From Fidelibacterota bacterium (GTDB lineage: Bacteria > Fidelibacterota > Marinisomatia > Marinisomatales > S15-B10): 24,000 bases of DNA. Positions 8,017 through 16,800 of this stretch are shown piece by piece. The stretch lies in contig JBHIEY010000006.1 in assembly GCA_046861835.1 (NCBI GenBank), positions 3,975-27,974 of the forward strand. The letters are read 5' to 3'. The stretch's first letter is position 1. Each line of letters opens with the position of its first letter. The translations under genes were made by a program, and so were the position numbers. Under the pieces are notes generated by a model, which made no database searches, had not been told where the DNA came from, and was given only the letters and a program-made list of their open reading frames with translations.

Positions 8017-9767
8017 CTTCCATAAACCCGTTCAGCGGGGGGCCAGCGGGTAATGACCACGTCCTTATAGTCGATCTTCGGATCCCCATCCGTTCGAAAC
8101 GCCAGCGTATGTTTGAGGAAGTTCTTGTCATCCCTCTCAGGGTAATCGGTGCGCTGGTGAGACCCCCGGCTCTCCTTTCTTGCCAGGGCGCTGTGGGCCA
8201 CGGCCTGGGCCACATCGAGCATAAAATCGAGTTCCAGAGCAGCGGTAAGTTCGGTGTTGAAGGTGAGGGTTCGATCGTCAAGAACGACACCGGAAAACCG
8301 TTCGCGCAACTCCGCCAGTTTTTCACAGGTCCCCTTCAAGCCCTCTTCCGTCCGGTAGATGCCGGCGCCCTCCTCCATGGCTGTTCGCATCTCGTTTCTC
8401 AGGACGGCGATCCGTTCGGACCCCGTGGTTTTTCGAATAAAACCTGCGGCGATTCTCTCCTGTTCATCTTTTCCCTGCGTATCGAGAGCGGCCAGGTCCA
8501 GTTCGGCATTTTCCATGGCAAAGGTTGCCGCCGCCTTTCCGGCCCTTGCGCCGAAGACAAGGAGTTTGGTGAGGGAGTTGGAACCGAGCCGGTTGGCGCC
8601 GTTGATGGAAATGCAGGCCACTTCTCCCACGGCATAGAGTCCGGGCAGGAGGGTAGCACCGTCGGCATCGGTGTCGACACCTCCCATGAAGTAATGAAGG
8701 ACGGGCCTCACGCCGATGGGTTCATGGACGGGATCGACACCGGCATATTTTGTGGCGAGTTCGCGGACGAAGGGAAGTTTTTTGTCGATTTTCTTCTCTC
8801 CCAGGTGGCGGATGTCGAGATGAACCACATCGCCGTGAGGGGTGGAAATCGTGCGACCTTTTTCGAGTTCTTTCACGAAGGCCTGGCTCAGCCTGTCGCG
8901 GGGGCCCAGCTCCATGCTCTTCTTCACAGGATGCCGGGGATCGGTAATCTCCAGCGGGGTACCGAGGTCATAGTCCTGCAGGTACCGGTAGCCGTCTTTA
9001 TTAATCAGAATGCCCCCTTCCCCCCGGGCCGCCTCCGTGATAAGGATGCCCGTTCCCGGCAGGCCCGTGGGGTGGTACTGGACAAACTCCATGTCTTTCA
9101 GTGGCACCCCCGCCCGGTAGGCCATGGCCATGCCGTCACCCGTTTTGATGGATCCGTTTGTGGTGAAGGGGAAAACGCGTCCTGCACCGCCGGTGGAAAG
9201 GATCGTCGCGCCGGCGGCGATCACTTCCAGTTTTCCCGACCGGAGTTCGACAGCGGTAATCCCCTGGCAACGGCCGTTGGCGACGAGCACTTTCGTGGCG
9301 AACCATTCGTCGTAGCGCGTAACGTTTTCGTACTTCAGCGATGTCTGGAACAGGGTGTGGAGCATGTGGAATCCCGTCTTATCGGCGGCGAACCAGGTTC
9401 GTTCGATCTTCATCCCCCCGAAAGGGCGGACGGCGATGGTGCCATCGGGTTCCCGGTTCCAGGGACACCCCCAGTGTTCCAGCTGGATCAATTCGGCGGG
9501 GGCTTCCCGGACAAACAGTTCCACGGCGTCCTGATCGGAAAGCCAGTCTCCTCCCGCTATCGTATCGAGGCAGTGGTCGTCGAAGGAGTCGTTCTCTTTG
9601 ACGACGCTGGCCGCTCCTCCTTCGGCTGCCACCGTGTGGCTGCGCATGGGATAGACCTTGCTGACGACAGCGACGCTGAGATCCGGATTTGTCTGACCGA
9701 TGGCGATGGCGGCCCTCAGGCCCGCACCACCCCCGCCCACGATGACGATGTCATGGCGAATTGGCAT
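8013..9767 (-). CDS. frdA: Fumarate reductase flavoprotein subunit
   Basis: Motifs: [22 protein letters not shown] (FAD), [13 protein letters not shown] (covalent-FAD His), [33 protein letters not shown]. Confidence 0.95.
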   Translation of the reverse strand: MPIRHDIVIVGGGGAGLRAAIAIGQTNPDLSVAVVSKVYPMRSHTVAAEGGAASVVKENDSFDDHCLDTIAGGDWLSDQDAVELFVREAPAELIQLEHWGCPWNREPDGTIAVRPFGGMKIERTWFAADKTGFHMLHTLFQTSLKYENVTRYDEWFATKVLVANGRCQGITAVELRSGKLEVIAAGATILSTGGAGRVFPFTTNGSIKTGDGMAMAYRAGVPLKDMEFVQYHPTGLPGTGILITEAARGEGGILINKDGYRYLQDYDLGTPLEITDPRHPVKKSMELGPRDRLSQAFVKELEKGRTISTPHGDVVHLDIRHLGEKKIDKKLPFVRELATKYAGVDPVHEPIGVRPVLHYFMGGVDTDADGATLLPGLYAVGEVACISINGANRLGSNSLTKLLVFGARAGKAAATFAMENAELDLAALDTQGKDEQERIAAGFIRKTTGSERIAVLRNEMRTAMEEGAGIYRTEEGLKGTCEKLAELRERFSGVVLDDRTLTFNTELTAALELDFMLDVAQAVAHSALARKESRGSHQRTDYPERDDKNFLKHTLAFRTDGDPKIDYKDVVITRWPPAERVYGR

Positions 9768-9825
9768 AAGGTACCGGGGAATTCAGACCTGCAAGCCGTA
9801 AATGTTAACCTTCGAGCCGGGAAAG

Positions 9826-11175
9826 TTACAATGGAAAACTTGGCAACGGTTCTTTGCTGCGGAAATAAGGTGATGATCTTAACATCCGCTTGAACTTTCG
9901 ACGGCGTTCCCTTGTCTGGTTTTGCGAATAGAGAGTCTTGGCCAGTCGTAGGAACCCGTCGTTCAGTTCTTGAGCCGTCATCCCCTTGGGAACAAAATTT
10001 ACGTCGAAAAGGGTGCACAGCTCCCAGGCTGCGTCACGCATGATTCTGTTTTCCCGCTTCAGTCTTTCGTAAAGCGGTGTGCCCGGGAAAGCGGTCATGA
10101 CTGTGATCTGGACATCGTATAGGTTAGATTCCCTGATAAAATGATACACTTCGTCGAAAACGTCCGGTGAGTCCCCATCCAATCCAAGTATGAAGCAGCC
10201 ATTCACAGTGATTCCATACGACTGAATTTTGTCTATTGCCTCCAGGTATTTATCACGCTGCTTCATCTTCCAGTTGGCGTTCAATTCAATCCCATCCAAG
10301 CTGACCTTCCGGGGACTTTCAAATCCAATCAGGATTTGCTTACAGCCGGAGTCCCGCAATAAGCCCAGAAGCTCATCGTCTTTTGCCACAGAAACATCCG
10401 TTTCTGTAAACCACCGGATCTTTTCCTTCACCAGGGGCCGGAGAAGATGTCTGTAGTGGTCATGATTCACAAACGTGTTGTCATCGGCGAATTCTATGAA
10501 GGGCCTTTCCCAGATCTGTTTGATGGCCCGGATTTCCTCCACCACCTTGTCAACCGGTTTAATCTTGTACCTGGGGGCCAGAAGAATAGAGCTGGCACAG
10601 AAGTCGCATCTCCAGGGACAGCCGCGGCTTGTCTGGACTGTCAGGCGGTTATATTTGTCCGGATCCAGCAGATCGAAGCGAGGGACAGGGGCCTCTCGCA
10701 GGTCGAAACTCCCCGGTGGTGACTGAACATAGTAAGGCTCTAGGGATCCTGTCTCGAAGTCCCGAAGAACCTGCCGCCAAACAGATTCTCCCTCCCCTAC
10801 GACGACGCTGTCACAGTGTGCTTTCGCCTCTTCTGGCAGGGAGGAGACGTGGAGGCCACCCATTACCACCAGAGTTTTGTTTCTCTGGAATCGACGTGCC
10901 AGCTCGTAAGCCTCGAAGATTTGGGCGGAATAGGAAGATATAGCCACCAGATCGTAGTCGCCCGGCAAATCACTTAGGTTGTTGATGTCTTCAATCTCTT
11001 TGTATTCTACGTCGAACTTCTCGGGTGTCAGTCCGGCAAGGGTGAGTAAGGACAAGCTCGGAAGGGAAGCAATGATCTTGTTGCGTTCTACAAACCCGGG
11101 GAGCGTCAAGCCAAGCCGTGTCAACTCCTGATTGTGGGTCCGGACACCGCTCATGGCAATAAGGCCAATTCTCAT
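9826..11175 (-). CDS. Cobalamin-binding-domain (class B) radical SAM enzyme, COG1032-like, substrate unknown
   Basis: N-terminal Rossmann-like B12-type domain (DLVAISSYSAQIFEAYELARRF...LVVMGGLHVSSLPEE). Radical SAM CX3CX2C motif SRGCPWRCDFCAS. I prefer the start at ATG 11175 (MRIGLIAMSG), which overlaps the upstream stop (ATGA at 11172-11175); the track's 11280 start would overlap the upstream gene by about 100 nt. Confidence 0.9.
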   Translation of the reverse strand: MRIGLIAMSGVRTHNQELTRLGLTLPGFVERNKIIASLPSLSLLTLAGLTPEKFDVEYKEIEDINNLSDLPGDYDLVAISSYSAQIFEAYELARRFQRNKTLVVMGGLHVSSLPEEAKAHCDSVVVGEGESVWRQVLRDFETGSLEPYYVQSPPGSFDLREAPVPRFDLLDPDKYNRLTVQTSRGCPWRCDFCASSILLAPRYKIKPVDKVVEEIRAIKQIWERPFIEFADDNTFVNHDHYRHLLRPLVKEKIRWFTETDVSVAKDDELLGLLRDSGCKQILIGFESPRKVSLDGIELNANWKMKQRDKYLEAIDKIQSYGITVNGCFILGLDGDSPDVFDEVYHFIRESNLYDVQITVMTAFPGTPLYERLKRENRIMRDAAWELCTLFDVNFVPKGMTAQELNDGFLRLAKTLYSQNQTRERRRKFKRMLRSSPYFRSKEPLPSFPL

Positions 11176-11573
11176 CTTGTGACCACTTCCCAGACAGTGA
11201 GAAAGCCCCCCGCGAGCAGACTGATTACCGGAAGGTAGAAGAGGCCCTTTAGTTTGGGGAAATTTGCCATGACAAAGCAACAGATGGGCATGGTGACGGC
11301 CCCCGCGATGAAGGTCCAGGATGCTATGGGCAACAGGTCGCCCGATACGGTGAACAGGCGGGCAGTGAAATAGAACATGAAGTTGATGAGTCCCAGCCCG
11401 ATGAAGGAAATGTGACCCAGACGGTACATTCGACGTTTGAGACTGAAATAACCTCCCTGCCAGTCGTCCCGGAAGAATCTGAAATTAAAGCCCATCAGAG
11501 AGCCTGACAAAAAGCCCAGTACAATCCAGAGCCAGGCCAGGATCAAGTTAGCCTGGGGGGTGTAGGGGTCCAT
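11172..11573 (-). CDS. Small integral membrane protein (about 4 TM), unknown function
   Basis: 133 aa with four hydrophobic segments. Translationally coupled to the radical SAM gene. I recognise no family motif. Confidence 0.6.
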   Translation of the reverse strand: MDPYTPQANLILAWLWIVLGFLSGSLMGFNFRFFRDDWQGGYFSLKRRMYRLGHISFIGLGLINFMFYFTARLFTVSGDLLPIASWTFIAGAVTMPICCFVMANFPKLKGLFYLPVISLLAGGFLTVWEVVTR

Positions 11574-11590
11574 AATGTAATAGAACGGCG

Positions 11591-12004
11591 CTAAGCCGGT
11601 TCTTTGGGCGCGGCTGTCGCTATCAGATAACGATAGTTCCGAAGGTAGAGCAAAAACAGGATGACAAAGATGAGATCTAGAAATCCGAACAGCGCAAACA
11701 TCGCGTGTGGCAGCTGTCCGATAGCCCAGTAGTAAAACGTGACGCCCGTGTAAACCAATTTGTAGACTATTCCAACTTTGACGATATCAAAATTCCGCTC
11801 AAGATCTAAATACACAAAATAGTAGAGTAGACCCTGAGTGAAAACAAAAGCAGCGGCGGTATGCAAGTAAGCGGGCTGGTCCGGTAATGGAATATTGAAT
11901 AGAGAATAAATGCTTCTGTAGAAGAAAAAGAATGCTATTCCCAGGATGAAGTCATACAAGGCCGCCACCATGAACATGCCCTTATAGAATGCCTTGCTCT
12001 TCAT
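11591..12004 (-). CDS. Small integral membrane protein (about 4 TM, aromatic-rich), unknown function
   Basis: 137 aa with four hydrophobic segments, rich in F and Y. Lies 17 nt upstream of the next gene. Clearly lower GC than the window's core genes. Confidence 0.6.
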   Translation of the reverse strand: MKSKAFYKGMFMVAALYDFILGIAFFFFYRSIYSLFNIPLPDQPAYLHTAAAFVFTQGLLYYFVYLDLERNFDIVKVGIVYKLVYTGVTFYYWAIGQLPHAMFALFGFLDLIFVILFLLYLRNYRYLIATAAPKEPA

Positions 12005-12067
12005 TTTTCACCCCCCTTTTACTATCTCTTGGTTCAACATAACGACGCCCAGCCTGAAACCCAACAA

Positions 12068-12451
12068 CTAATCTTGATTTTCTTCCCTGTTCAATCGAAC
12101 TGAAGCCCACAGACTGATGAGATACGGCACCAGAAGGACGTAGGTCAGGATGAGAAAGGGGGATTGGGGAATGAACGTAATTTCCAGATACAAAAGGAAG
12201 GCCATGACAATTCCCAGAATGACCAGGAGGGTGTTGCGGGCTCTCCGGGTTCCCATGAGCGTGATGAACACGTAGGCACAGATCACGCCCCCCAGGGCCA
12301 TAAGCCATAGTCCGGAAAAGCGGTGAATCTCGGTTCCAGGAACCGGAGACACCTTCGCCACCAGCCCCAGAAATCCGGCAACGACAGCCACGAGGCCCAT
12401 GAGGACCAGGGGCACCCAGCTGAGGGGATGAAGAAGTCTGGGAGAGGCCAT
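12068..12451 (-). CDS. Small integral membrane protein (about 4 TM), unknown function
   Basis: 127 aa with four hydrophobic segments. First gene of the - strand run that continues through the radical SAM gene toward frd. Confidence 0.55.
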   Translation of the reverse strand: MASPRLLHPLSWVPLVLMGLVAVVAGFLGLVAKVSPVPGTEIHRFSGLWLMALGGVICAYVFITLMGTRRARNTLLVILGIVMAFLLYLEITFIPQSPFLILTYVLLVPYLISLWASVRLNREENQD

Positions 12452-12524
12452 GAGAAACCCGCTTCAAAGTTTGGGAAGATGAAGAAAAGAGTCCAGGGAA
12501 TTAGCGTCCGGGGGGCCAATTGTC

Positions 12525-12553
12525 TTGACAGGCACCCGCTCCCGGGTTAGTTT
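12525..12553 (+). promoter_or_regulatory. Candidate sigma-70-type promoter for the GGT-like gene (TTGACA - 17 nt - TAGTTT)
   Basis: Perfect -35 TTGACA at 12525-12530, a 17-nt spacer, and TAGTTT at 12548-12553. The first ATG (12564) follows about 10 nt later, implying a very short leader. The track's TTG start is the TTG of this TTGACA. Confidence 0.3.
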
Positions 12554-12563
12554 CGATTCGCTC

Positions 12564-14117
12564 ATGAAGAATCTGATAGCGGCGGGGGACCCTGCTACCG
12601 TGGAGGCGGCCCGGGTGATCTTAGAAAGGGGCGGGAACGCCTACGATGCGGCAGTGGGGGCCTGTTTTACCGCCATGGTGGCGGAACCGGCCCTTACCAG
12701 TGCCGGCGGGGGAGGTCACCTCATGGCGTTTCCGGAGGACAGCCCGCCGGAAGTATTCGATTTCTTTGTGAACACACCGTCCCGGACTATGAAAGGAGCC
12801 GATCTCGATTTTTTCGCGGTGGACGTCGACTTCGGCGGCGTCACCCAGCGATTCCACGCCGGGTGGGGCTCGGCGGCTGTCCCCGGGAACGTGGCGGGGC
12901 TGTTGACCGTCCATGAACGGTTGGGATCCATTCCCCTTCCCGAAGTGATGGAGCCTGCCATTGTGGCGGCAAGAGAAGGGGTGGATATCTCCCCCACCCA
13001 GGCGTATCTGTTGGAGATTCTGGCCCCCATCCTTAGTCACGAACTCAGGGGAGGAAACCTCTTTGCTCCCCAGGGGCGCCTTCTGGGGGCAGGCGACCGG
13101 TTGGTGATGCCCGAATTTGCCGACTTCCTGTACGTTCTCGCCCGGGAGGGGGCCGATCTGGTCTACCGGGGAGAGGTGGCAGATATCATCTGTGACTGGG
13201 CGGCTCATGGGGGCCTCATCTTGAGGAAAGACCTGGAATCGTACCGGGTGGTGGAGCGAACCCCCATGGTAAGTTCGATCCGGGAGTACACGGTCCTGTT
13301 GAACCCTCCCCCGGCGGTGAGCGGTCTTCTCATCGATTTTACCCTTCGTCTTCTGGAAGTGGCCGGGTGCTTCGAAAGGGATCCTCTCCCTCTGAACCGG
13401 CTGGTCCTTGCATTCGAGGAGACCGACCGCATACGGCATCAGGAGTTGGACGGGGGGATGGCAAAAGAAGATACTCCCCGTCTGTCATCCCAGCCATTTT
13501 TTTTCGATTCCGTGGAGCGATTTCAGGAGCGCACCTCCCCGCCTGTGGCGGAAAGGGTGCCCCGGGGAGGGGGAGGAACGACTCACATCAGCATCCTTGA
13601 TGGCAAGGGAAATGCCGCCAGTGTGACCACCACCAACGGTGAAGGGTGCGGATACCTCTTGCCGGAGGCCGGTTTCATGCTCAACAATATGCTGGGAGAA
13701 GAGGACTTAAGTCCGGGCGGATTCCACCGGCATCCCCGGGGCGTCCGCCTTTCCTCCATGGTGGCTCCCACGATTGTCCTGGCCTCCCGGGGAGCGGGGA
13801 GGGGCTCCCGCCCCATTCTGCTGACGGGGACGGCGGGGAGCAACCGGATCCGGTCAGTCCTCGTACAGATCCTGATTCATCATCTGGTGAACGGGTTGGA
13901 TCTTGAACAGACTGTTCTGGCTCCGCGGGTCCATCTGGAAGGTGAGGTGCTGCACGCGGAGCCGGGAATTCCGGAGGAGGAATTAAAAGTCCTCGAAAGA
14001 CGTTATAGACTCAGGCGGTGGGACCGGCAGAATCTCTTTTTTGGCGGAGCCAATTCGGTGACACCGCGGGAAGCGGTGGGAGATCCCCGCCGGGGAGGGG
14101 CCAGTCTTATCTTTTGA
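12564..14117 (+). CDS. ggt: Gamma-glutamyltransferase family protein, apparently cytoplasmic (no signal peptide)
   Basis: GGNAYDAAVGACFTAMVAEPALTSAGGGGHLMAF at the N-terminus. Autoprocessing/nucleophile region GGGTTHISILDGKGNAASVTTTNGEGCG. Start taken as ATG 12564 (alternative TTG 12525). No hydrophobic leader. Confidence 0.9.
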   Translation: MKNLIAAGDPATVEAARVILERGGNAYDAAVGACFTAMVAEPALTSAGGGGHLMAFPEDSPPEVFDFFVNTPSRTMKGADLDFFAVDVDFGGVTQRFHAGWGSAAVPGNVAGLLTVHERLGSIPLPEVMEPAIVAAREGVDISPTQAYLLEILAPILSHELRGGNLFAPQGRLLGAGDRLVMPEFADFLYVLAREGADLVYRGEVADIICDWAAHGGLILRKDLESYRVVERTPMVSSIREYTVLLNPPPAVSGLLIDFTLRLLEVAGCFERDPLPLNRLVLAFEETDRIRHQELDGGMAKEDTPRLSSQPFFFDSVERFQERTSPPVAERVPRGGGGTTHISILDGKGNAASVTTTNGEGCGYLLPEAGFMLNNMLGEEDLSPGGFHRHPRGVRLSSMVAPTIVLASRGAGRGSRPILLTGTAGSNRIRSVLVQILIHHLVNGLDLEQTVLAPRVHLEGEVLHAEPGIPEEELKVLERRYRLRRWDRQNLFFGGANSVTPREAVGDPRRGGASLIF

Positions 14118-14132
14118 CAAAGGAGAGGGACC

Positions 14133-15260
14133 ATGGGCATAATTTTCCACAGTTCACCGGAGCCCACTCTTGGGGTGGAGGTGGAACTGCAGATTGTGGA
14201 TCTCAAGACCAGGCAGCTCGTATCGGTGGCCCCGCAGATACTGAAAAACTTCCAGGACAATCCCCATGTGAAGCCGGAGCTGTTGCAGTCCACCATTGAG
14301 TTAAACACGGGAATCTGCAAGGATGTGGGGGAGGTCCGGAGAGATCTGAAAAACCTGATGGATCAGATACAGCCTATTTGCGACGACTTAGGGTGTGCCC
14401 TGATTTCCGCAGGGACCCACCCCACGGCGGTCTGGCCCGAACAGGCGATCACCGACAATCAGCGCTACCGGCAGCTGGTGGACCGTGTTCAGTGGCCCGC
14501 CCAGAGACTCATGATTTTTGGTCTTCATGTTCACGTGGGCATCAACAGTCCGGAAAAGGCTATCGCCCTGTTTAACGCCCTCTCCGGCTATATTCCCCAC
14601 CTGCTGGCCGTTTCGGCCAGTTCCCCGTTCTGGCAGGGGAACGACACGGGGCTGGCGTCGGTACGGGTCAAGGTTTTTGAGACCCTCCCCACGGCGGGGT
14701 TACCGTACCGGATGCTCAACTGGGGGGAATTCCAGCGGTTCATGAACACCCTCGTGGCGGCCAGGGCCATCGAGACTATCCGGGAGGTCTGGTGGGATAT
14801 CCGGCCCCATCCCGGGTTCGGGACGGTGGAACTGCGCATGTGCGATGGTATTCCCACCATGACCGAACTCGTTTCTGTGGTCGCCCTCAGTCACTGTCTG
14901 GTGGTCTGGTTGAGTCAGAAGTACGATGAGGGAGATATGCTTCGCCTGGACCGGCACTGGGTGATCCGGGAAAACAAGTGGCGGGCCGCCCGGTGGAGCC
15001 TGGATGCCAGCATCATTGTGGACGATCAGGGCAACCAGGAAACGATCTCGAGGAGTCTGGAAGGTTTGATGGGCACCCTGGGTCCCATCAGTGAGCAGCT
15101 CAACTGCAGAAAGGAACTTGAGGGAATCCGGAGAATCGTCGATTCGGGTCCCAGCTATCAACGGCAGCGGGGAATTTACCGGAAGACGGGAAGGTTCGAA
15201 CCGGTGGTGGATGCGCTGATTGAGGAGTGGAGGACCGACAGGAGAGTAAGGAGCGTTTAG
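14133..15260 (+). CDS. ybdK: Carboxylate-amine ligase, glutamate-cysteine ligase family 2 (YbdK-like)
   Basis: PTLGVEVELQIVD N-terminal signature, GLHVHVGI, and length about 375 aa. Strong SD (AAGGAGAGGG) ends a few nt before the ATG. Confidence 0.88.
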   Translation: MGIIFHSSPEPTLGVEVELQIVDLKTRQLVSVAPQILKNFQDNPHVKPELLQSTIELNTGICKDVGEVRRDLKNLMDQIQPICDDLGCALISAGTHPTAVWPEQAITDNQRYRQLVDRVQWPAQRLMIFGLHVHVGINSPEKAIALFNALSGYIPHLLAVSASSPFWQGNDTGLASVRVKVFETLPTAGLPYRMLNWGEFQRFMNTLVAARAIETIREVWWDIRPHPGFGTVELRMCDGIPTMTELVSVVALSHCLVVWLSQKYDEGDMLRLDRHWVIRENKWRAARWSLDASIIVDDQGNQETISRSLEGLMGTLGPISEQLNCRKELEGIRRIVDSGPSYQRQRGIYRKTGRFEPVVDALIEEWRTDRRVRSV

Positions 15261-15264
15261 GGTG

Positions 15265-16020
15265 TCACCCGGCTCCGGCTTCCTCGATTAGCCACCGGAA
15301 CAGCGATCTCTGGCGGGGGTCCTCTTCCATTTTTTCCGGATGCCACTGAACGGCAACAAACCTGCCGTTTTCCGACACCGGTTCCACCGCTTCCACCAGG
15401 CCGTCCCGGGACCACGCCGTCGGTTTAAGTTGGGCGCCCAGCCGTCTTATGCCCTGATGATGGGTACTGTTCACCGGGACGGTCCGTTGGCCGAGGATAG
15501 TGTAAAGGAGACTCTTTTCGTCGATACGCACCTCGTGGGTTACCGTGGGTCCCTTGTAGTCCCCATGATCGACAGCGCCGTTGAGTTGTGAGGCAATGTC
15601 CTCATAGAGGGTTCCCCCGTAGATGACGTTAATGTGCTGGAGGCCGGCGCAGACGGCCAGGATCGGTTTCTCCAGGTCCCGGCACCATTCGAAGATCTTC
15701 CGGTCAAACTCCACCCTGTCGGGGTGCATCGGTTCTTCCCCTTTCATGTCGTAGGGGGTTCCCCGGGTGTACTCAACGGGAAGATCGGGCCCCCCGATGA
15801 GCATGAGGCCGTCAATAACCCGGGCCACATCGTCCGCGGAGCCGTGGGAGCGGGGGTGCGTGAGGATGAGGGGAATCCCCCCTTCCTCCCAGATCCGGCG
15901 GACGTAGGCCTCCTTGGCGGCCATCCAGAAGGCGTTCTCCATGTGGTAGAAATAGGGGCTGATACCGATAACAGGACGGTGTTGGGCGTTCACACGTTCT
16001 GACTTCAGATCGGTTCTCAC
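15265..16020 (-). CDS. Class I glutamine amidotransferase-like, peptidase C26 gamma-glutamyl hydrolase (PuuD-like)
   Basis: PVIGISPYF near the N-terminus, nucleophile elbow ILAVCAGLQHINV, NSTHHQGI, WHPE. GTG start at 16020; an internal GTG 27 nt downstream is an alternative. Confidence 0.88.
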   Translation of the reverse strand: MRTDLKSERVNAQHRPVIGISPYFYHMENAFWMAAKEAYVRRIWEEGGIPLILTHPRSHGSADDVARVIDGLMLIGGPDLPVEYTRGTPYDMKGEEPMHPDRVEFDRKIFEWCRDLEKPILAVCAGLQHINVIYGGTLYEDIASQLNGAVDHGDYKGPTVTHEVRIDEKSLLYTILGQRTVPVNSTHHQGIRRLGAQLKPTAWSRDGLVEAVEPVSENGRFVAVQWHPEKMEEDPRQRSLFRWLIEEAGAG

Positions 16021-16187
16021 TCTTCCGGGCGGCTGTGGCGCCGCTTTCGAATTTCTTTCAGGTCCGGACCGTATCTTCGAACATTTTTTTCGTACTCATA
16101 CCACCACTCCAGTTCCTTATCCGTCCGCTCGGCCAGCCGTCTCCACCATCCTGAATCGGTGATACTTGTGTGGCGTTTTCGTTTCAT
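16017..16187 (-). CDS. Unlisted small ORF (56 aa, basic, Trp-rich), hypothetical
   Basis: Hand translation: MKRKRHTSITDSGWWRRLAERTDKELEWWYEYEKNVRRYGPDLKEIRKRRHSRPEE. It is below the track's apparent ~60-aa size cutoff. Its TGA overlaps the GTG of the C26 gene (GTGA at 16017-16020) and it fills most of an otherwise 228-nt gap. No clear SD. Confidence 0.3.
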   Translation of the reverse strand: MKRKRHTSITDSGWWRRLAERTDKELEWWYEYEKNVRRYGPDLKEIRKRRHSRPEE

Positions 16188-16248
16188 GGGTCAGGAATCG
16201 GGCGGGAAAGTGGAACGGGAATCGGGATCGCCGGAAAGGGGGGGGAGT

Positions 16249-16800
16249 CTACGCGTCGGTGGCAACGGCCGATGTGGACTGGCGCCTCCCTTTTTTCCGG
16301 CCGAACAGATCTTTCAGGTTTTTCATAACGGTGTCCTGTACGGGACGCTCCGTGAGAATTTTTTCCTGGAGTCTCAACAGTCCCTCAATCAGGGCTTCCG
16401 GTCTGGGGGGGCAGCCGGGGACGTACACGTCCACCGGCACCACGATATCGACCCCCTTGAGAACATGGTAACCGTATTGCCAGTAGGGTCCGCCGCTGGT
16501 GGCGCAGCTCCCCATGGAGACCACATACTTGGGGTCGGCCATCTGCTCATACAGCCGTTTTATTCTTACGGCCATTTTCATGGTGACCGTACCGGCCACA
16601 ATCATGACATCGGCCTGCCTGGGGGACGACCGGGGCATCATGCCAATACGTTCAAGGTCGTGGCGGGAGGCGGCGGTGGCCATCATTTCAATGGCGCAGC
16701 AAGCAATGCCGAATTGAAAGTACCAGGGTGAGGTGGACCGGGCCCAGTTGAGCAGTTTGTTCAAAGGTGCGACAATGATGTTTCCTGACCCATCCTTCAT
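16249..16800 (-). CDS. nuoB: NADH-quinone oxidoreductase subunit B homolog (NuoB / [NiFe]-hydrogenase small-subunit-like), orphan
   Basis: All four N2-cluster Cys motifs are present: [29 protein letters not shown]. Also [15 protein letters not shown]. No nuoA, nuoC or nuoD neighbours in the window. Confidence 0.9.
   Translation of the reverse strand: MKDGSGNIIVAPLNKLLNWARSTSPWYFQFGIACCAIEMMATAASRHDLERIGMMPRSSPRQADVMIVAGTVTMKMAVRIKRLYEQMADPKYVVSMGSCATSGGPYWQYGYHVLKGVDIVVPVDVYVPGCPPRPEALIEGLLRLQEKILTERPVQDTVMKNLKDLFGRKKGRRQSTSAVATDA

Noticed and set aside
9841-9858. TGGCAACGGTTCTTTGCT as a sigma-54 promoter
   Set aside because: The GG-to-GC spacing is 2 nt too long. It lies inside the radical SAM coding region on the strand with no downstream gene.
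7947-9893. 648-aa ORF on the + strand
   Set aside because: It lies entirely antisense to frdA, whose translation carries unmistakable flavoprotein motifs. Its own translation is low-complexity (Gly/Arg/Pro/Val-rich), typical of a shadow ORF in GC-rich coding DNA.
11176-11280. Upstream extension of the radical SAM ORF (MLCHGKFPQTKG...)
   Set aside because: It would overlap the 133-aa membrane protein gene by about 100 nt. The ATG at 11175 gives the ATGA coupling and a typical family N-terminus.
15255-15270. Palindrome GGGTGTCACCC between the convergent ybdK and C26 stop codons as a bidirectional terminator
   Set aside because: The central loop would be 1 nt, or the stem only 3 bp with a 5-nt loop, and there are no flanking T-tracts. 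It is too small to act as an intrinsic terminator.
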